Translations under genes and position numbers: made by a program
Shown: one piece after another, positions 29,935-39,315 of the stretch
Numbering within the stretch: position 1 is the stretch's first letter
How the letters are laid out: the number at the start of each line of letters is the position of its first letter
IMG/VR virus record: IMGVR_UViG_3300017987_000047
DNA length: 64,000 bases
Strand: one strand, 5' to 3'
Origin: a virus
Lineage: Duplodnaviria; Heunggongvirae; Uroviricota; Caudoviricetes
The notes under the pieces: model-generated
What the model was told of the DNA's origin: nothing
The model's database searches: none
The model's input: the letters and a program-made list of their open reading frames with translations, nothing else

Positions 29935-32625
29935 ATGAAAAAAATCGGAATTATTGGTTTAGGCTACGTTGGGCTCCCTTTAGTGCGCGAGTTCATGAAA
30001 AAAGGGTTAGAAGTTTATGGTTTTGATGTAGATGACCAAAAACTAGATCTATTAAGTAAAGGAAAAAGCTATATTAAGCATATCCCCGATACAATTATTG
30101 GGGAATGGGTCAATTCGGGAAGGTTCTTCCTTTCCAAACCCGAACAAAAGTTAGCAGTTCCCGATGTTTTAATAATCTGTGTCCCTACCCCATTGACAGA
30201 AAATAGGGAACCCAAAATGGAGTATGTGGAGCAAACTACAAATCAAATTGCTAAACATCTTCGGGTTAACCAATTGGTTATTTTAGAGTCTACTACTTGG
30301 CCAGGAACAACAAAAGAGCTAATAAAGCCTATCCTAGATGAAAGGGAAATTCCCTATTATTTAGCTTTTTCCCCTGAGCGGGAAGATCCCGGAAATCCGA
30401 ATTATACAACTGCTACCATTCCAAAAATTGTTGGGGGAGTTGATTCCAAGAGTCTAGAAAAAGCAGTTGAAATATATAAATTAATTATTGATAAAGTTGT
30501 TCCCGTCTCTTCTCTAGAGGTAGCCGAAGCAACAAAGTTAACAGAAAATATTTTTAGATCTGTGAATATTGCCTTAGTTAATGAACTTAAACTATGCTTT
30601 GATAAAATGGGAATTGATATCTGGGAAGTGGTTGAGGCGGCTAAAACAAAACCTTTCGGATATATGCCGTTTTATCCGGGTCCCGGCCTTGGGGGCCATT
30701 GTGTTGCTGGAAAAGAAATCATTACAATTAAAAACAAGAAAAACGAATTAAAAACTACAACGATTGAAAATTTTTATGATTCTGTTGGGTCGAAACAAAT
30801 TATCGAAGAAAACATTTTTTATAAAAACGTGAATGATATTCAAATTTTATCTATTGATGAGAATGGGAATTCCCAATTTTCTCCTATTTCCCAAGTCTCA
30901 AAAAGGGGTGCTACAAAGGCGCTGAAAATTCTTCTTAAGGGTAATAGAACTTTAACTGTTACCCCAGAGCATCTTATGCTTGTTCAAAACGAAAATAAGA
31001 TAGAAGAAAAATTAGCGAAAGATTTACAAATTGGGGATGCCCTTGTCTTATCAAAACCTAGTTTATCCCAAAAAAGATATAAGAATAAGATTGATTTAAT
31101 CGATTTATGTTCAAAACACAAACTTAAAAATATAAAAATTGTCCCAAAAATAGGAAAGTGGGAAAATATATTAGAAATAAGAAAACTTGCGTCTAAACAT
31201 AAAATTAAGCTTTGGGATAATAGACAAAAACCCATTCCCCTATCAGCCTATCTCCTCGCAGAAAAAAATAAGATTCCTCTTCCCAAAAGGGATGATTTAT
31301 TAATTGCTACCGGGAAGGGAAGATCATATTCTGAAATCCCGACAAGTATTGAAGTAAATAAGGATTTTGCTAGGTTTATTGGGTATTACCTTGCAGAGGG
31401 ATGTACCGGAACAGAAAAAAATACTTATAGAACAACAATATCCTTTGGTCGGCATGAAAAAGAATTAATTTCGGAGACAAAGAAAATTATTAAAAATCTT
31501 GGCTTTAAGTGCCCCATACACGAATGTAAAGATTGTCTAACAACCCAAATTAGAGTTAATTCCTTAGTTTTAGGGACTCTTTTAGATAAGGAGTTGCAAT
31601 GCGGAAGGAACTCCTACGACGCAAGAATTCCCTCGCTATTAATGAAAATTCCTCATTTTCTTAAATTTGAATTATTAGGAGCGCTATTCCAAGGGGATGG
31701 TTATGTTGGGCTTTTTTCTGGGATGCGCGATTACAAAATGAAGGGTAAACAATTTTGCCATTTCCATAATTCTGCAACTCTTGAATACTATACTTACAGT
31801 ACAGAATTATACCAACAAGTTATTTTATTAATGCACGAACTTGGTTTCGTTCCAAACTTTGAAAAGAAAAGAAATAACCTAAGATTAAGTGGCCCTCAAG
31901 CAATCGCATTTATTCCATATTTGCGAGAAAATAAAGCCGCAAGATTAGAAAAATATAAGGAAAATAAACGAAAAAATACCCCTCACCGTACTTTTAAAAG
32001 TCATCCTACTCATTATTCTTCGCCGGTAAAAAAAATTGAAGAGGATAAACCTCAAGATGTTTTCAATTTCAATATTGAAGATACCCATACTTTCGTGACA
32101 AGCTTTGGAATTGCTGTTCATAATTGCCTCCCAATCGACCCCTTTTACTTGACCTGGAAGGCTCGACAATTCGATTTCTCCACTAAGTTTATTGAATTAG
32201 CCGGGGAAATAAATACCGCGATGCCTTCACATATTGTGCAAAAAACTATTTTAGCCTTAAATGAAAAAGGAAAAGCCTTAAAAGGTTCCGAGGTCCTCAT
32301 CTTAGGGGTTGCCTATAAACCAAATGTTGATGATATTAGGGAATCTCCTGCCCTTCAAATCATTAAACAACTATCAGACCTCGGCGCAAAAATTTCTTAT
32401 CATGATCCACACATACCACAGATTGGCAAAGGAAGAAAATACGAATTAAATATTAAATCGAAAATTCTTAATAAAAATCTTATAAACAAATCTGACTGTG
32501 TCCTAATTCTCACCGACCATGCTGACGTTGACTACAAATTAGTTCTAACTAATTCTAGTTTGATTGTTGATACTAGGAATGTCTGTGAAAAGTTTGGGAA
32601 GTTTCAAAATGTTGTAAAGGCCTAA
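29935..32625 (+). CDS. Nucleotide-sugar (UDP-GlcNAc/UDP-Glc) 6-dehydrogenase, WbpA/WecC family, intein-containing
   Basis: GLGYVG, CVPTP, ESTTWPG, SPEREDPG, GPGLGGH|C, YKPNVDDIRESP. Confidence 0.93.
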   Translation: MKKIGIIGLGYVGLPLVREFMKKGLEVYGFDVDDQKLDLLSKGKSYIKHIPDTIIGEWVNSGRFFLSKPEQKLAVPDVLIICVPTPLTENREPKMEYVEQTTNQIAKHLRVNQLVILESTTWPGTTKELIKPILDEREIPYYLAFSPEREDPGNPNYTTATIPKIVGGVDSKSLEKAVEIYKLIIDKVVPVSSLEVAEATKLTENIFRSVNIALVNELKLCFDKMGIDIWEVVEAAKTKPFGYMPFYPGPGLGGHCVAGKEIITIKNKKNELKTTTIENFYDSVGSKQIIEENIFYKNVNDIQILSIDENGNSQFSPISQVSKRGATKALKILLKGNRTLTVTPEHLMLVQNENKIEEKLAKDLQIGDALVLSKPSLSQKRYKNKIDLIDLCSKHKLKNIKIVPKIGKWENILEIRKLASKHKIKLWDNRQKPIPLSAYLLAEKNKIPLPKRDDLLIATGKGRSYSEIPTSIEVNKDFARFIGYYLAEGCTGTEKNTYRTTISFGRHEKELISETKKIIKNLGFKCPIHECKDCLTTQIRVNSLVLGTLLDKELQCGRNSYDARIPSLLMKIPHFLKFELLGALFQGDGYVGLFSGMRDYKMKGKQFCHFHNSATLEYYTYSTELYQQVILLMHELGFVPNFEKKRNNLRLSGPQAIAFIPYLRENKAARLEKYKENKRKNTPHRTFKSHPTHYSSPVKKIEEDKPQDVFNFNIEDTHTFVTSFGIAVHNCLPIDPFYLTWKARQFDFSTKFIELAGEINTAMPSHIVQKTILALNEKGKALKGSEVLILGVAYKPNVDDIRESPALQIIKQLSDLGAKISYHDPHIPQIGKGRKYELNIKSKILNKNLINKSDCVLILTDHADVDYKLVLTNSSLIVDTRNVCEKFGKFQNVVKA
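30700..32124 (+). mobile_element. 475-aa intein with LAGLIDADG homing endonuclease
   Basis: Starts with C after GGH and ends VHN before C; block B VTPEH; FIGYYLAEG and LLGALFQGDG. Confidence 0.93.
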
Positions 32626-32757
32626 TTTCCAAAAAATAATTAGAAAAAGTCAGGTTTTTTCCTAAATACTCCGTTCTATATAATAGAAGCTCGGTCCCTC
32701 AGAGGTTACAAAATATGTATAATCCGCTACTATCCTTTTTAAAAGGTAACGCCGAGT

Positions 32758-33882
32758 GTGGATGTGAATATTATGCGAAAAGAAAACAAAATCTTAATTA
32801 TATCCGAAGATGATAATGTCTTTAGTTTTCTTAAGGCACAACTGGATTCTTCTACCTACGATATTCTCTTCCAAAAATTTCACCCTGAAAAGATTCAAGA
32901 AATTCTCAACCGCAATTTTATCTCTCTTCTCCTTTATGAATCAAACGGGGAAGATTTAACCGAGATACAGCTCTTACATAAACTTTTAAGCAAAAAATCT
33001 ATTCCAATTTGGGTTTGTCCTACGCTAACAAAAATTAGCGACCAGTTTCTCGAGAATTTGTATGAATTAGGCATTTCGGATCTTTATATTAAGTTTTCAA
33101 CCTTAGAGGTCCTTAAAAGAAAAATTGAAAAACATTTCAAAAACTCAACCCGGCTTCAAGGTTTAAATCTTGCGAATAAACATATTCTTTCTTTACTCTC
33201 AAGGCCTCCAGACGTCCCAAGTTTGGATATTGGGATTAAGTACCAACCAAAAGATGTAATCGGCGGCGACTTTTATGATTTCTTTGTTACCGATAAACAG
33301 TCCCTAATAATTGTTCTTGGGGATGTGACCGGTCACGGCATTCAAGCTGCTGTTATCCAAACAATGGCCCGGAAAGTGATCCAGATGGCCTTAAAATCAG
33401 CCCCAACGGTTATGGAGGGATTAAAACAGGCGCATAAAGAACTATATCAAGATTTGCCGTCAGGTAATTTTGTAGCCCTCCTGGTAGCAGAATGGATTCC
33501 CAGCACCGGGTCCTTACAATTTTACCGTCTGGGAACCCCTCACCCAATTCTCAAATCAAAGAATGAAGTATTTACACTTCTTTCGAACGGGAGTGTTTTA
33601 GGCCTTTTACCTGAGGACCAATTTAATAAAACTGATCTCCTTCCCCTTGTAATAGAATTAGATGTTGGGGATATGCTTCTTTTGCATACTGATGGCCTTA
33701 TTGAGTCCGTAGCCAAAGACGGGAGTCTTTTCGGAATGGAAGGGCTAACCGAAGTTATGCAGAAAACGGATATAAAAGAATTAGCCAAAGATATCGTTGA
33801 AGAAATTTATAACCTGACAGAGTCCTCTGTGGGTAAAATTTCGGATGACCTTACCTGTATTGTTCTAAAAAGAGTCTTATAG
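32758..33882 (+). CDS. SpoIIE/RsbU-family PP2C phosphatase with degenerate receiver-like N-terminus
   Basis: GGDFYD, GDVTGHG, HTDGLIE, DDLT. Confidence 0.88.
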   Translation: MDVNIMRKENKILIISEDDNVFSFLKAQLDSSTYDILFQKFHPEKIQEILNRNFISLLLYESNGEDLTEIQLLHKLLSKKSIPIWVCPTLTKISDQFLENLYELGISDLYIKFSTLEVLKRKIEKHFKNSTRLQGLNLANKHILSLLSRPPDVPSLDIGIKYQPKDVIGGDFYDFFVTDKQSLIIVLGDVTGHGIQAAVIQTMARKVIQMALKSAPTVMEGLKQAHKELYQDLPSGNFVALLVAEWIPSTGSLQFYRLGTPHPILKSKNEVFTLLSNGSVLGLLPEDQFNKTDLLPLVIELDVGDMLLLHTDGLIESVAKDGSLFGMEGLTEVMQKTDIKELAKDIVEEIYNLTESSVGKISDDLTCIVLKRVL

Positions 33883-34115
33883 TGTTACAAAAAATCCCAT
33901 TGCTCCGCATTCCAAGACTGGGAACACCATTAAAAATTGCAGTATTCTACCGTAATTTTAAGGGGGAGCTAATCATTTCAATTGGGTATATTAGAAATGC
34001 GTCGCTAGTAGATAAAGTCCTGTATAATGGGAAAAAATGCGGTTATAAAATTTTTAAGATAGTTGTTCTTAAAGACCCACGGAACCCAGAAAATAAGGGA
34101 AAAGACCTTATTTAG
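33882..34115 (+). CDS. Hypothetical protein
   Basis: Start overlaps upstream stop. Confidence 0.45.
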   Translation: MLQKIPLLRIPRLGTPLKIAVFYRNFKGELIISIGYIRNASLVDKVLYNGKKCGYKIFKIVVLKDPRNPENKGKDLI

Positions 34116-34372
34116 ACCAGGCGACTTAGTCTTCTAATTTCTTCCCCAACCTTAAAAACCGCTCGTTTTTCAAAGTTTCCTTTTACGGTGATATCGTCCC
34201 AAGCTTCGGGGATTTTTAAACTGCGGGGGTTTCCTCTTGCCTTTTCCCGGTTGGAAATCGAGATCACCATTTCTTTTGCATCGATAGTATAGGCATGGTT
34301 TTCTCTTCGTTCTTGGGTGGTTTTGGGGCGGCGATACCACCGAAAACTTTTTCTCCGAATTGTACGTGCCAT
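34112..34372 (-). CDS. Hypothetical basic phage protein
   Basis: ORF with SD; RRPKTTQERR..IPEAWDD. Confidence 0.6.
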   Translation of the reverse strand: MARTIRRKSFRWYRRPKTTQERRENHAYTIDAKEMVISISNREKARGNPRSLKIPEAWDDITVKGNFEKRAVFKVGEEIRRLSRLV

Positions 34373-34442
34373 AACTTAAGTCTCCTTTTTGTTAAAGTAC
34401 CTAAGTCATAATTTCCTCCTTTTAAAATTGATTAATTTAGTT

Positions 34443-35570
34443 TTATACGATATCTTTTCGTTTTAATTCTTTTAGCACCTTTTCACAAGTATTAAATGAA
34501 TCAAAATACATATTAATTACTGGAATATTATACTCCTGCGCAATTCGTAATGCTTGCCCGGTCCCTCCCGAATCCTTACCATCTTTAGTCCAACAAATAA
34601 TTGCTTTGGAGGGGTTATCTAATTTTTTACCTAAAACTTGAGTTGCATTTCTCCGCATAAAGCTCCATCCCGCGGTTCCAAGATTCTGTGGTGCCGGGTG
34701 ATATTTTTCAACGTAAGAATCAAGTTCTGGAGACTGTTTAATAATAACTGGATGCCCAACTATTGGCCTTTTCTTGTTAAATCCGGGCCAAGGCAAATAC
34801 ACAACACAATGTTTTTTTGCCCCTTTTTCAAAAGCATAATCGGCGCCGTCTGCGTGCCCAGACCGGATAAAGCCACCCCGGTTTGCGATTTCGAAACCAA
34901 TTTTTTGCATTTCAGATAGGATCTGACAAGGAGTTTCTCGAGATCCGATCCCTGTTAAAATTAATTCCTTATTAATTTTTTGTTCCATATTATATCCAAA
35001 TAAGCTAGCATCCTTTTGGAATGCAATCCCAATCTTTTTAGCCAGTTTCTTTGTATAAAACTGAGTATATCCCTTTTCTTTTCCCCGATATCCAAATTTT
35101 TCTTTTGCTAACCTTACTTCCCCCAGACCGACATGCTCACAAATATAATTAAAGTCGTGCTGGAGATGTTCGTAACTCCCAACAAAATCAACCCTTATTC
35201 TGTCATTAATGGTGGCATATCTAAATTGAAGATCATTAAGGTAGCCTCCATCTTTTAGATACTTTTTTACCCATTTTTTAAATCCTTTAATCGAACAATC
35301 TACTCCACGTTGATCCCAATAATACCGAGAAATAACAAGATCCCAAGGATTGCGGGTGAAAGCAAACTTAAAATAAGAGCTCCAGATATTCTTTCCAACA
35401 TATTTTCTTACTTCTTCAATCTTAGAGTGTTCATTAATCTCTGTAATTTTCCCGCCTGTTAAAATAAGATCATCTGGTCCACAGTGTTCTTCTAATGCTG
35501 TTTGAATGCTGGTACCAGCAGTTTTGCGGGATTTTAAAAATATATAACGGTGCCTATGGGATATAATCAT
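34443..35570 (-). CDS. Sulfotransferase fused to SLOG/DprA-like nucleotide-binding domain
   Basis: N-part KTAGTS, RNPWD; C-part TGIGSRETP, SGHADGAD, RRN, SGGTGQA. Confidence 0.82.
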   Translation of the reverse strand: MIISHRHRYIFLKSRKTAGTSIQTALEEHCGPDDLILTGGKITEINEHSKIEEVRKYVGKNIWSSYFKFAFTRNPWDLVISRYYWDQRGVDCSIKGFKKWVKKYLKDGGYLNDLQFRYATINDRIRVDFVGSYEHLQHDFNYICEHVGLGEVRLAKEKFGYRGKEKGYTQFYTKKLAKKIGIAFQKDASLFGYNMEQKINKELILTGIGSRETPCQILSEMQKIGFEIANRGGFIRSGHADGADYAFEKGAKKHCVVYLPWPGFNKKRPIVGHPVIIKQSPELDSYVEKYHPAPQNLGTAGWSFMRRNATQVLGKKLDNPSKAIICWTKDGKDSGGTGQALRIAQEYNIPVINMYFDSFNTCEKVLKELKRKDIV

Positions 35571-35586
35571 TGTATAATTTTATACT

Positions 35587-36778
35587 ATGGGTAGAAAGAA
35601 AAAACCTGAATCAACAAGCACTAAATTATACAAATTTAGAATCTATCCAACAAAAAATCAAATCAAGAAATTTAATCAGTTTTTTGGTACTCATAGATTC
35701 ATCTATAATTATTTTTTAGCTCTCAAAAAAGATCATTATAAAGCAGGATTAAAATTCAGCTCCTATAAAGAAGATCAAGCGGACTTAACTCAATTAAGAA
35801 AATCTTTAGATTGGATGAAAGAGATTCATTCTCAAGCTTGTCAAGCAGCCCTAAAAGACTTACACGATGCTTACAAAAACTTCTTTAATCCAAAATTAAA
35901 AGCAGGACCCTCGATTCAAAAAGAAAAATATTTCTGAGAAGTCTTTTAGAATCCCACAAGGGATTACAGTAACTAAGAATATCTTAAAAATGCCTGCTTT
36001 CATAGAAGGAATCCGAATCAAAAGACATAGAAAAGTTAATGGAAAGATTGCTTATTGTACTATTAAATTAAAACCCTCAGGAAAATATTTTGCTTCGATT
36101 TGTTTCCATGATGAATCAAAACCAAAAATCAAAAAGACTAAAAATGAAGTAGGATTAGATTTTGGAATCAAAAATGCTTTGATTGAGGATAACGGAACAA
36201 AACATGATAAACATGAGAATTTAGATAAATATCACAAGAAACTTAGAAAAAACCAAAAGAAATTGTCAAAGAAAAAGAAAGGATCGAATAATTATCAAAA
36301 ACAAAAACTAAAAGTCGCTAGATGTCATGAAAAGATAACTAATGCTAGAAAAGATAAATTAGACAAAATCTCAAAAAAGATAATTGACGAAAACCAAGCA
36401 ATTTATCTTGAAGATTTAACCGCCCAATTTATGATTAAGAATAAAAACCTAGCATTCTCTGCATCTAATACTGCAATTAATATGTTAAAGTCAATGCTAG
36501 TTTATAAATCGAAATGGCATGGACGAGAACTCGTTCTCGTCCCCCCAAGAAACACATCAAAAACATGTCATATTTGTGATTGGGTTTATAAAGATCTTGA
36601 GCTTTCTGAAAGAGACTGGACTTGTTCAGTTTGTGGAACTTTTCATGATAGGGATATCAACGCAGCTTTAGTTATTAAGAAAAAAGGAAAATTACGTAGG
36701 GCAGGGACTGTCCAAAATCATGCTTTTCTATTACCAGAGGACCCACCTAAAGTGGTAAATCCAACGGTTATTAATTAG
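35587..36778 (+). pseudogene. tnpB: IS200/IS605-family TnpB, frameshifted at ~35910
   Basis: YKFRIYPT N-terminus; RuvC GLDFG / LEDL / DRDINAA; CxxC..CxxC; the +1 frame after KAG resumes PRFKKK. Confidence 0.9.
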
Positions 36779-36785
36779 GAAAGAA

Positions 36786-36814
36786 ACTCCTACTTTTACG
36801 TGGGGGTAGTTCAC
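36786..36814 (+). mobile_element. IS605-type right end / omegaRNA 3' hairpin ending TTCAC; guide 36815-~36830
   Basis: CTCCTAC-TTTTAC-GTGGGGG hairpin followed by TAGTTCAC directly after tnpB. Confidence 0.75.
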
Positions 36815-36844
36815 AAATATAAATTTATGCTGGGATATTATCAT
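36815..36844 (-). pseudogene. 10-codon sulfotransferase N-terminal stub MIISQHKFIF
   Basis: ATG directly follows the upstream TAG; resembles MIISHRHRYIF of 35570; ends exactly at the element end. Confidence 0.7.
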
Positions 36845-37618
36845 CTAAAGATGCAAAAACTCTTGCCATGATTTAAGTGGTCTGTTAAGTAACTTCTTAA
36901 GTTTTGCAACATCGTCTTCATAGATCTCAAGCAACTCAAATTTATCTTGTTTTGTTATTAAAGAATCAAATTCCGTTGTTCTTTTCCCATGGATAATATG
37001 GCCTGCTCGGTTAAACTTATGTTTCGAAACTTCTAGATAAGATGTTAGTTTATTTAATCCTTGGTCTGGGTTTGTTTTAATGTCGTCCTCGTAAACTAAA
37101 ACTAACATATTTGGAAAATATTCTAACCAAGCTTCCAAATGTTCGGAATAAAAACCCATATGGATTATCCCCATTTTCTTTTTCAAGATTTCTCTTGAAT
37201 AAATTTTAGGGAAAGGGTCTGTAAGTCTTCCTTTAACACAATGATGTATATATGCAGAGATAGCCCGGTGAACCGGATTACGTAATGAAACTATAATTTT
37301 TGTCTCAGGCCCGAGAACATCATAAACCATTTTAGGGATATCGCGTCTAAAAATCGATTTGTAGCGTAACCAGTTGTTGGGTTGTTGTGAAGCCCAAAAA
37401 TAAGTTGACGTTGCTTCCCCGTATCTTTTATATTTCCTATCTATATCAAAATAGGATTCATACTTGTTAAGATTATGAACCCCATTTGAATTTTTAGTGA
37501 AGAAATCTAATTCTTTAATTTTCTCGGGCATAAAAATCTCAGGGTGTTCTTTGAGGTTATAATATAACCAGGTTGTCCCCGATTTTTGTGCGCCGATTAC
37601 TAGAAAGTTTGGTAACAT
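36845..37618 (-). CDS. Sulfotransferase (Sulfotransfer_1, heparan-3-O-ST-like)
   Basis: PNFLVIGAQKSGTT, KELDFF, GEATSTY, LRNPVHRAISAY. Confidence 0.9.
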   Translation of the reverse strand: MLPNFLVIGAQKSGTTWLYYNLKEHPEIFMPEKIKELDFFTKNSNGVHNLNKYESYFDIDRKYKRYGEATSTYFWASQQPNNWLRYKSIFRRDIPKMVYDVLGPETKIIVSLRNPVHRAISAYIHHCVKGRLTDPFPKIYSREILKKKMGIIHMGFYSEHLEAWLEYFPNMLVLVYEDDIKTNPDQGLNKLTSYLEVSKHKFNRAGHIIHGKRTTEFDSLITKQDKFELLEIYEDDVAKLKKLLNRPLKSWQEFLHL

Positions 37619-38916
37619 TAGTACGATAAATATTTTTCATGTTCCCAAGGATAAACATGAACATTATATTTATCCCATTCGTTGGTTTTGGAGGCAATAA
37701 GTTTTTGCGAGATATGTTCCCCGATTGCTTCCTGTATAACCTCATCTTGCTTAAAAGCCTTGATTGCTTCCCCTAAATTAGCAGGGAGTACTGGAATTTT
37801 ATCTTTTTCTTCCCCTACCATTTCAAAGAGATTTACTTTAATAGGATCTCCCGGCTCAATTTCGTTTTTGATACCATCAAGCCCTGCTGCAAGCATCGCT
37901 GCAAATGCTAGGTAAGGGTTACATGCTGGGTCTGGGGAGCGTAGTTCCATTCTTGTCCCAATCTCACGCCGAGCTGGAATCCTAATCATTGGACTTCGGT
38001 TTGTATGAGACCAGCAAATATTTACAGGTGCTTCGTACCCTGGAACAAGTCTCTTATAACTATTAACGGTTGGGTTTGTAATAAAAGTCAAAGCCTTTGC
38101 GTGCTTTATGGTCCCGCCTATGTACCAGCGCGCAATATTGCTTAACCCATCTTCCGAGGAAGAATCATAAAAAACATTTTTGCCTTTATCGTTGAATAGC
38201 GATTGGTGGCAATGCATCCCGCTACCATTTTGCTTATAAAGAGGTTTGGGCATAAACGTGGCAAGGTAGCCTTCTGCCCGAGCAAGTTTTTTAATTACGA
38301 ACTTAAAGGTTGTAACATTATCAGCTACCTTAACGGGGTCTCCATACTTAAAATCAATTTCTTGTTGCCCCGGTGCAACCTCGTGATGCATTGCTTCTAT
38401 TTCAAATCCCATTTCTTCTAATTGGTCTACAATTCCCCGACGAAGGAGCTCTGCACTATCAAAAGGAACTGCATCAAAATACCCGCCTTGGTCCATTGGG
38501 AATATTTCACCATCTTTTTTAGAAAGAAGGAAAAACTCTGCTTCGGGACCAACTTGCATCTTAAACCCGAGATTTGCTGCTATTTCGTTCTGTTTCTTTA
38601 GAATATTCCGGGGGCAACCTAAGAAAGGCCGTTGGTCTTCTTTTCCAGGTGAAAAAACATCGCAAATAAGACGTGCTACCCTGTGTTCTGTTTTCGCAAA
38701 AGTCTCGATATCGGGCTTAAGAAACATATCGGATTCTTCTATTCGGACAAAACCTTCAATAGAAGAACCATCAAACATAATTTCCCCATTGACTGCTTTT
38801 TGGAATTGTGATCTTGGGACCTCTACGTTTTTTATACGGCCCAGGATATCAACAAATTGCAGTCTCAAAAAATCAAAGTCTTCTAATTTACTTAATACAG
38901 CTTCCTTCGTAAACAT
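37618..38916 (-). CDS. glnA: Glutamine synthetase type I
   Basis: FDGSSIEGF, HHEVAPGQQEI, FMPKP, NGSGMH, YKRLVPGYEAP, ELRSPDP. Confidence 0.96.
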   Translation of the reverse strand: MFTKEAVLSKLEDFDFLRLQFVDILGRIKNVEVPRSQFQKAVNGEIMFDGSSIEGFVRIEESDMFLKPDIETFAKTEHRVARLICDVFSPGKEDQRPFLGCPRNILKKQNEIAANLGFKMQVGPEAEFFLLSKKDGEIFPMDQGGYFDAVPFDSAELLRRGIVDQLEEMGFEIEAMHHEVAPGQQEIDFKYGDPVKVADNVTTFKFVIKKLARAEGYLATFMPKPLYKQNGSGMHCHQSLFNDKGKNVFYDSSSEDGLSNIARWYIGGTIKHAKALTFITNPTVNSYKRLVPGYEAPVNICWSHTNRSPMIRIPARREIGTRMELRSPDPACNPYLAFAAMLAAGLDGIKNEIEPGDPIKVNLFEMVGEEKDKIPVLPANLGEAIKAFKQDEVIQEAIGEHISQKLIASKTNEWDKYNVHVYPWEHEKYLSY

Positions 38917-38963
38917 TACGGTTACCTTCTTTTCAAAGTTTCCAGGACTTTATAGAAAAATTT

Positions 38964-39155
38964 TTATTTTTCCGGTTTAAATTTATCTGCGATCTCCGGT
39001 GGGAAGTTTTCTTTAATCTCTTCGTACGTAATTTTGCGGGATTTCGGCTCTTCCTCCCATTCAAAATCATCCATATCATCTAAAGGATGTTGATCTTTTC
39101 TACTTTTTGCCATGGTCTTATTTCTTTCTTTGTGGGTTTGAAGTTTCCCAATCAT
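38964..39155 (-). CDS. Small acidic hypothetical protein (likely start MAKSRK)
   Basis: Packed in operon. Confidence 0.5.
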   Translation of the reverse strand: MIGKLQTHKERNKTMAKSRKDQHPLDDMDDFEWEEEPKSRKITYEEIKENFPPEIADKFKPEK

Positions 39156-39315
39156 ACCACTTATTCACATCTTCTTTCCACGTATTTTTACAATCTTTGC
39201 AAAAGATGATAGCGTTCGTTTTTCCTTTTCCAATGGTACCATCAATACCCTTGTTTTCAATAGCATGTCTCGGCTTACAAAAAAGCTGCCCTTTTAACCA
39301 TCTAAAAAGATTCAT
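39118..39315 (-). CDS. Small Cys-containing hypothetical protein
   Basis: Packed in operon; CxxC. Confidence 0.5.
   Translation of the reverse strand: MNLFRWLKGQLFCKPRHAIENKGIDGTIGKGKTNAIIFCKDCKNTWKEDVNKWYDWETSNPQRKK

Noticed and set aside
35587-36844. IStron (intron-IS fusion)
   Set aside because: tnpB is antisense to the flanking genes and no group I core precedes it
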